This document shows positions 47,464 through 48,588 of a stretch of DNA of 48,588 nucleotides, one piece after another. The stretch comes from an uncultured archaeon. Its GTDB lineage: Archaea; Asgardarchaeota; Thorarchaeia; Thorarchaeales; Thorarchaeaceae. The first letter of the stretch is position 1; every line of letters begins with the position of its first letter. The position numbers were made by a program, and so were the translations under genes. The notes beneath the pieces were generated by a model. It did no database searches, was not told the origin of the DNA, and worked only from the letters and a program-made list of their open reading frames with translations. The DNA is taken from assembly GCA_964610875.1 (NCBI GenBank), contig CAZSWP010000031.1, forward strand, positions 1-48,588. The letters run 5' to 3'.

Positions 47464-48459
47464 ATGCATGGGCTTATAGTGAGAAAGAGTAACGGCGATT
47501 TGAGATGGTATCCACTATTCAAACAAGATAATAATTATACATTCTATCCATCTGATAAGCATGGCCAAAATGAAACAGGTCGAAAGGTTGGAAAAGGTTT
47601 CAATTTTGAAAAGTATATGATTGGATATTGGACACCGGGAACAATACCATCTATAAGACGACGAATAGGAGGAGGATCTTCGTTAGTTGTCTTAGAAGGG
47701 GATGGTGACCTTAAGTACTACCCATTCAGAAATGAGAAATTTCAGGGGTCGGGAGATAAAGTAGGTAGAGGTTTTTCTACAGACTGGGATTATTACGTTG
47801 CTGAATGGATGGGTAATGGCACATCTGATTTGCTTGTACGAGATGACAATGGACGCCTACGATTATTCAAGTGGGAGGGTAAGGAATTCAAGGATCTTGG
47901 TCGTGATGAAAAAGTTGGAGATGGATTTCATAAGGACAAATATCCCGATTTATTTCCTGGATATTGGAGGAACCAAGAATACCCCGACCTTTTGGTTCGT
48001 GAAGAAAATGGGGATCTATGGTTGTATCCTTTCAATGGTCGGACATTCAAGAATCAAGGACGCCCAAAGAAAGTTGGTAGGGGATTTGATAACGACTTTA
48101 CACATTTCCTAGTTGGCGAGTGGATGAGTAATGGTACACCAGATCTTATAGTTAGAAGGAATAATGGAAAATTGATTCGCTACCCTTACGGAAAATTCAA
48201 GGGTAAAGATGAGTATGACTTTAGTGATCCACCATATGAAAACGTTGGAAAAGGATTCCATGAGGACTGGGTCTACATTGTCGGTCACTGGCGAGAACCT
48301 GGAAAACCAGATTTGATTCTATGTGATGATGACCACAAGATGCGCTTTTATCCATTTGATAACGGAAAATTTACTGATCTTCCAAATCGTGAAAAGTACA
48401 TAGGTAAGGGATGGAAATTCACACATTTCTGGGATTTCTACCCAGAAATTTACTCTTAG
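47464..48459 (+). CDS. Six-repeat beta-propeller protein (FG-GAP/tachylectin-like repeats)
   Basis: Six repeats of about 50 aa with the pattern 'DL.VR..nG.L..Yp...f.....kVG.Gf'. Confidence 0.75.
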   Translation: MHGLIVRKSNGDLRWYPLFKQDNNYTFYPSDKHGQNETGRKVGKGFNFEKYMIGYWTPGTIPSIRRRIGGGSSLVVLEGDGDLKYYPFRNEKFQGSGDKVGRGFSTDWDYYVAEWMGNGTSDLLVRDDNGRLRLFKWEGKEFKDLGRDEKVGDGFHKDKYPDLFPGYWRNQEYPDLLVREENGDLWLYPFNGRTFKNQGRPKKVGRGFDNDFTHFLVGEWMSNGTPDLIVRRNNGKLIRYPYGKFKGKDEYDFSDPPYENVGKGFHEDWVYIVGHWREPGKPDLILCDDDHKMRFYPFDNGKFTDLPNREKYIGKGWKFTHFWDFYPEIYS

Positions 48460-48588
48460 GAGAAGAAAGCATCTAGTCCATAATTGAAAAATTATCATAT
48501 ATCGAGATAGTAACGGATCACATGCTTGCTTGAATATCTTCATAGATAGTAGATTTCAAGCTTCTTTTCTTTATGATATATGTTACAA

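Noticed and set aside
1-48588. CRISPR array, tRNA, rRNA, integrase or transposase genes
   Set aside because: No regularly spaced repeats, cloverleaf or rRNA-like stretches, or recombinase motifs were found by eye. Intergenic gaps are mostly short.

Overview
Gene-dense archaeal chromosomal segment with no rRNA, tRNA or CRISPR seen. It most likely comes from an Asgard archaeon, and Thorarchaeia is my best guess. The evidence is a profilin-like gene, two tandem Rab/Ras-like small GTPases, a TRAP-beta-like surface protein, an archaeal geranylgeranyl reductase, TrmB, LipS2/LplAB and GGAGG/GGTGA ribosome-binding sites. Contents in order: a nucleoside (BMP-type) ABC transporter operon; profilin and hypothetical membrane proteins; agmatinase; a TrmB-GGR-M23-like operon; a lipoylation cluster; coiled-coil and Zn-ribbon proteins; the two small GTPases; a phosphate island (pstSCAB-phoU, AbrB-PhoU regulator, Na/Pi cotransporter); an orphan DNA methylase; and a more accessory right third (sugar isomerase, EEP nuclease/phosphatase, pfkA, DinB pseudogene, corA, FAD oxidoreductase, a corrinoid protein-methyltransferase-histidine kinase operon, fetAB, a beta-propeller protein). 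The top observations are four. (1) A 188-bp highly structured non-coding insertion splits the Na/Pi cotransporter gene at a GGTC duplication, and its exact removal restores the reading frame (candidate mRNA intron or new MITE). (2) At least four genes appear to start at ATC/ATA/ATT/CTG behind good Shine-Dalgarno sites. (3) A putative B12-based sensory operon. (4) A candidate archaeal Pho-box in the divergent pstS/regulator promoter. All functional calls rest on motif recognition by eye; no database searches were run.
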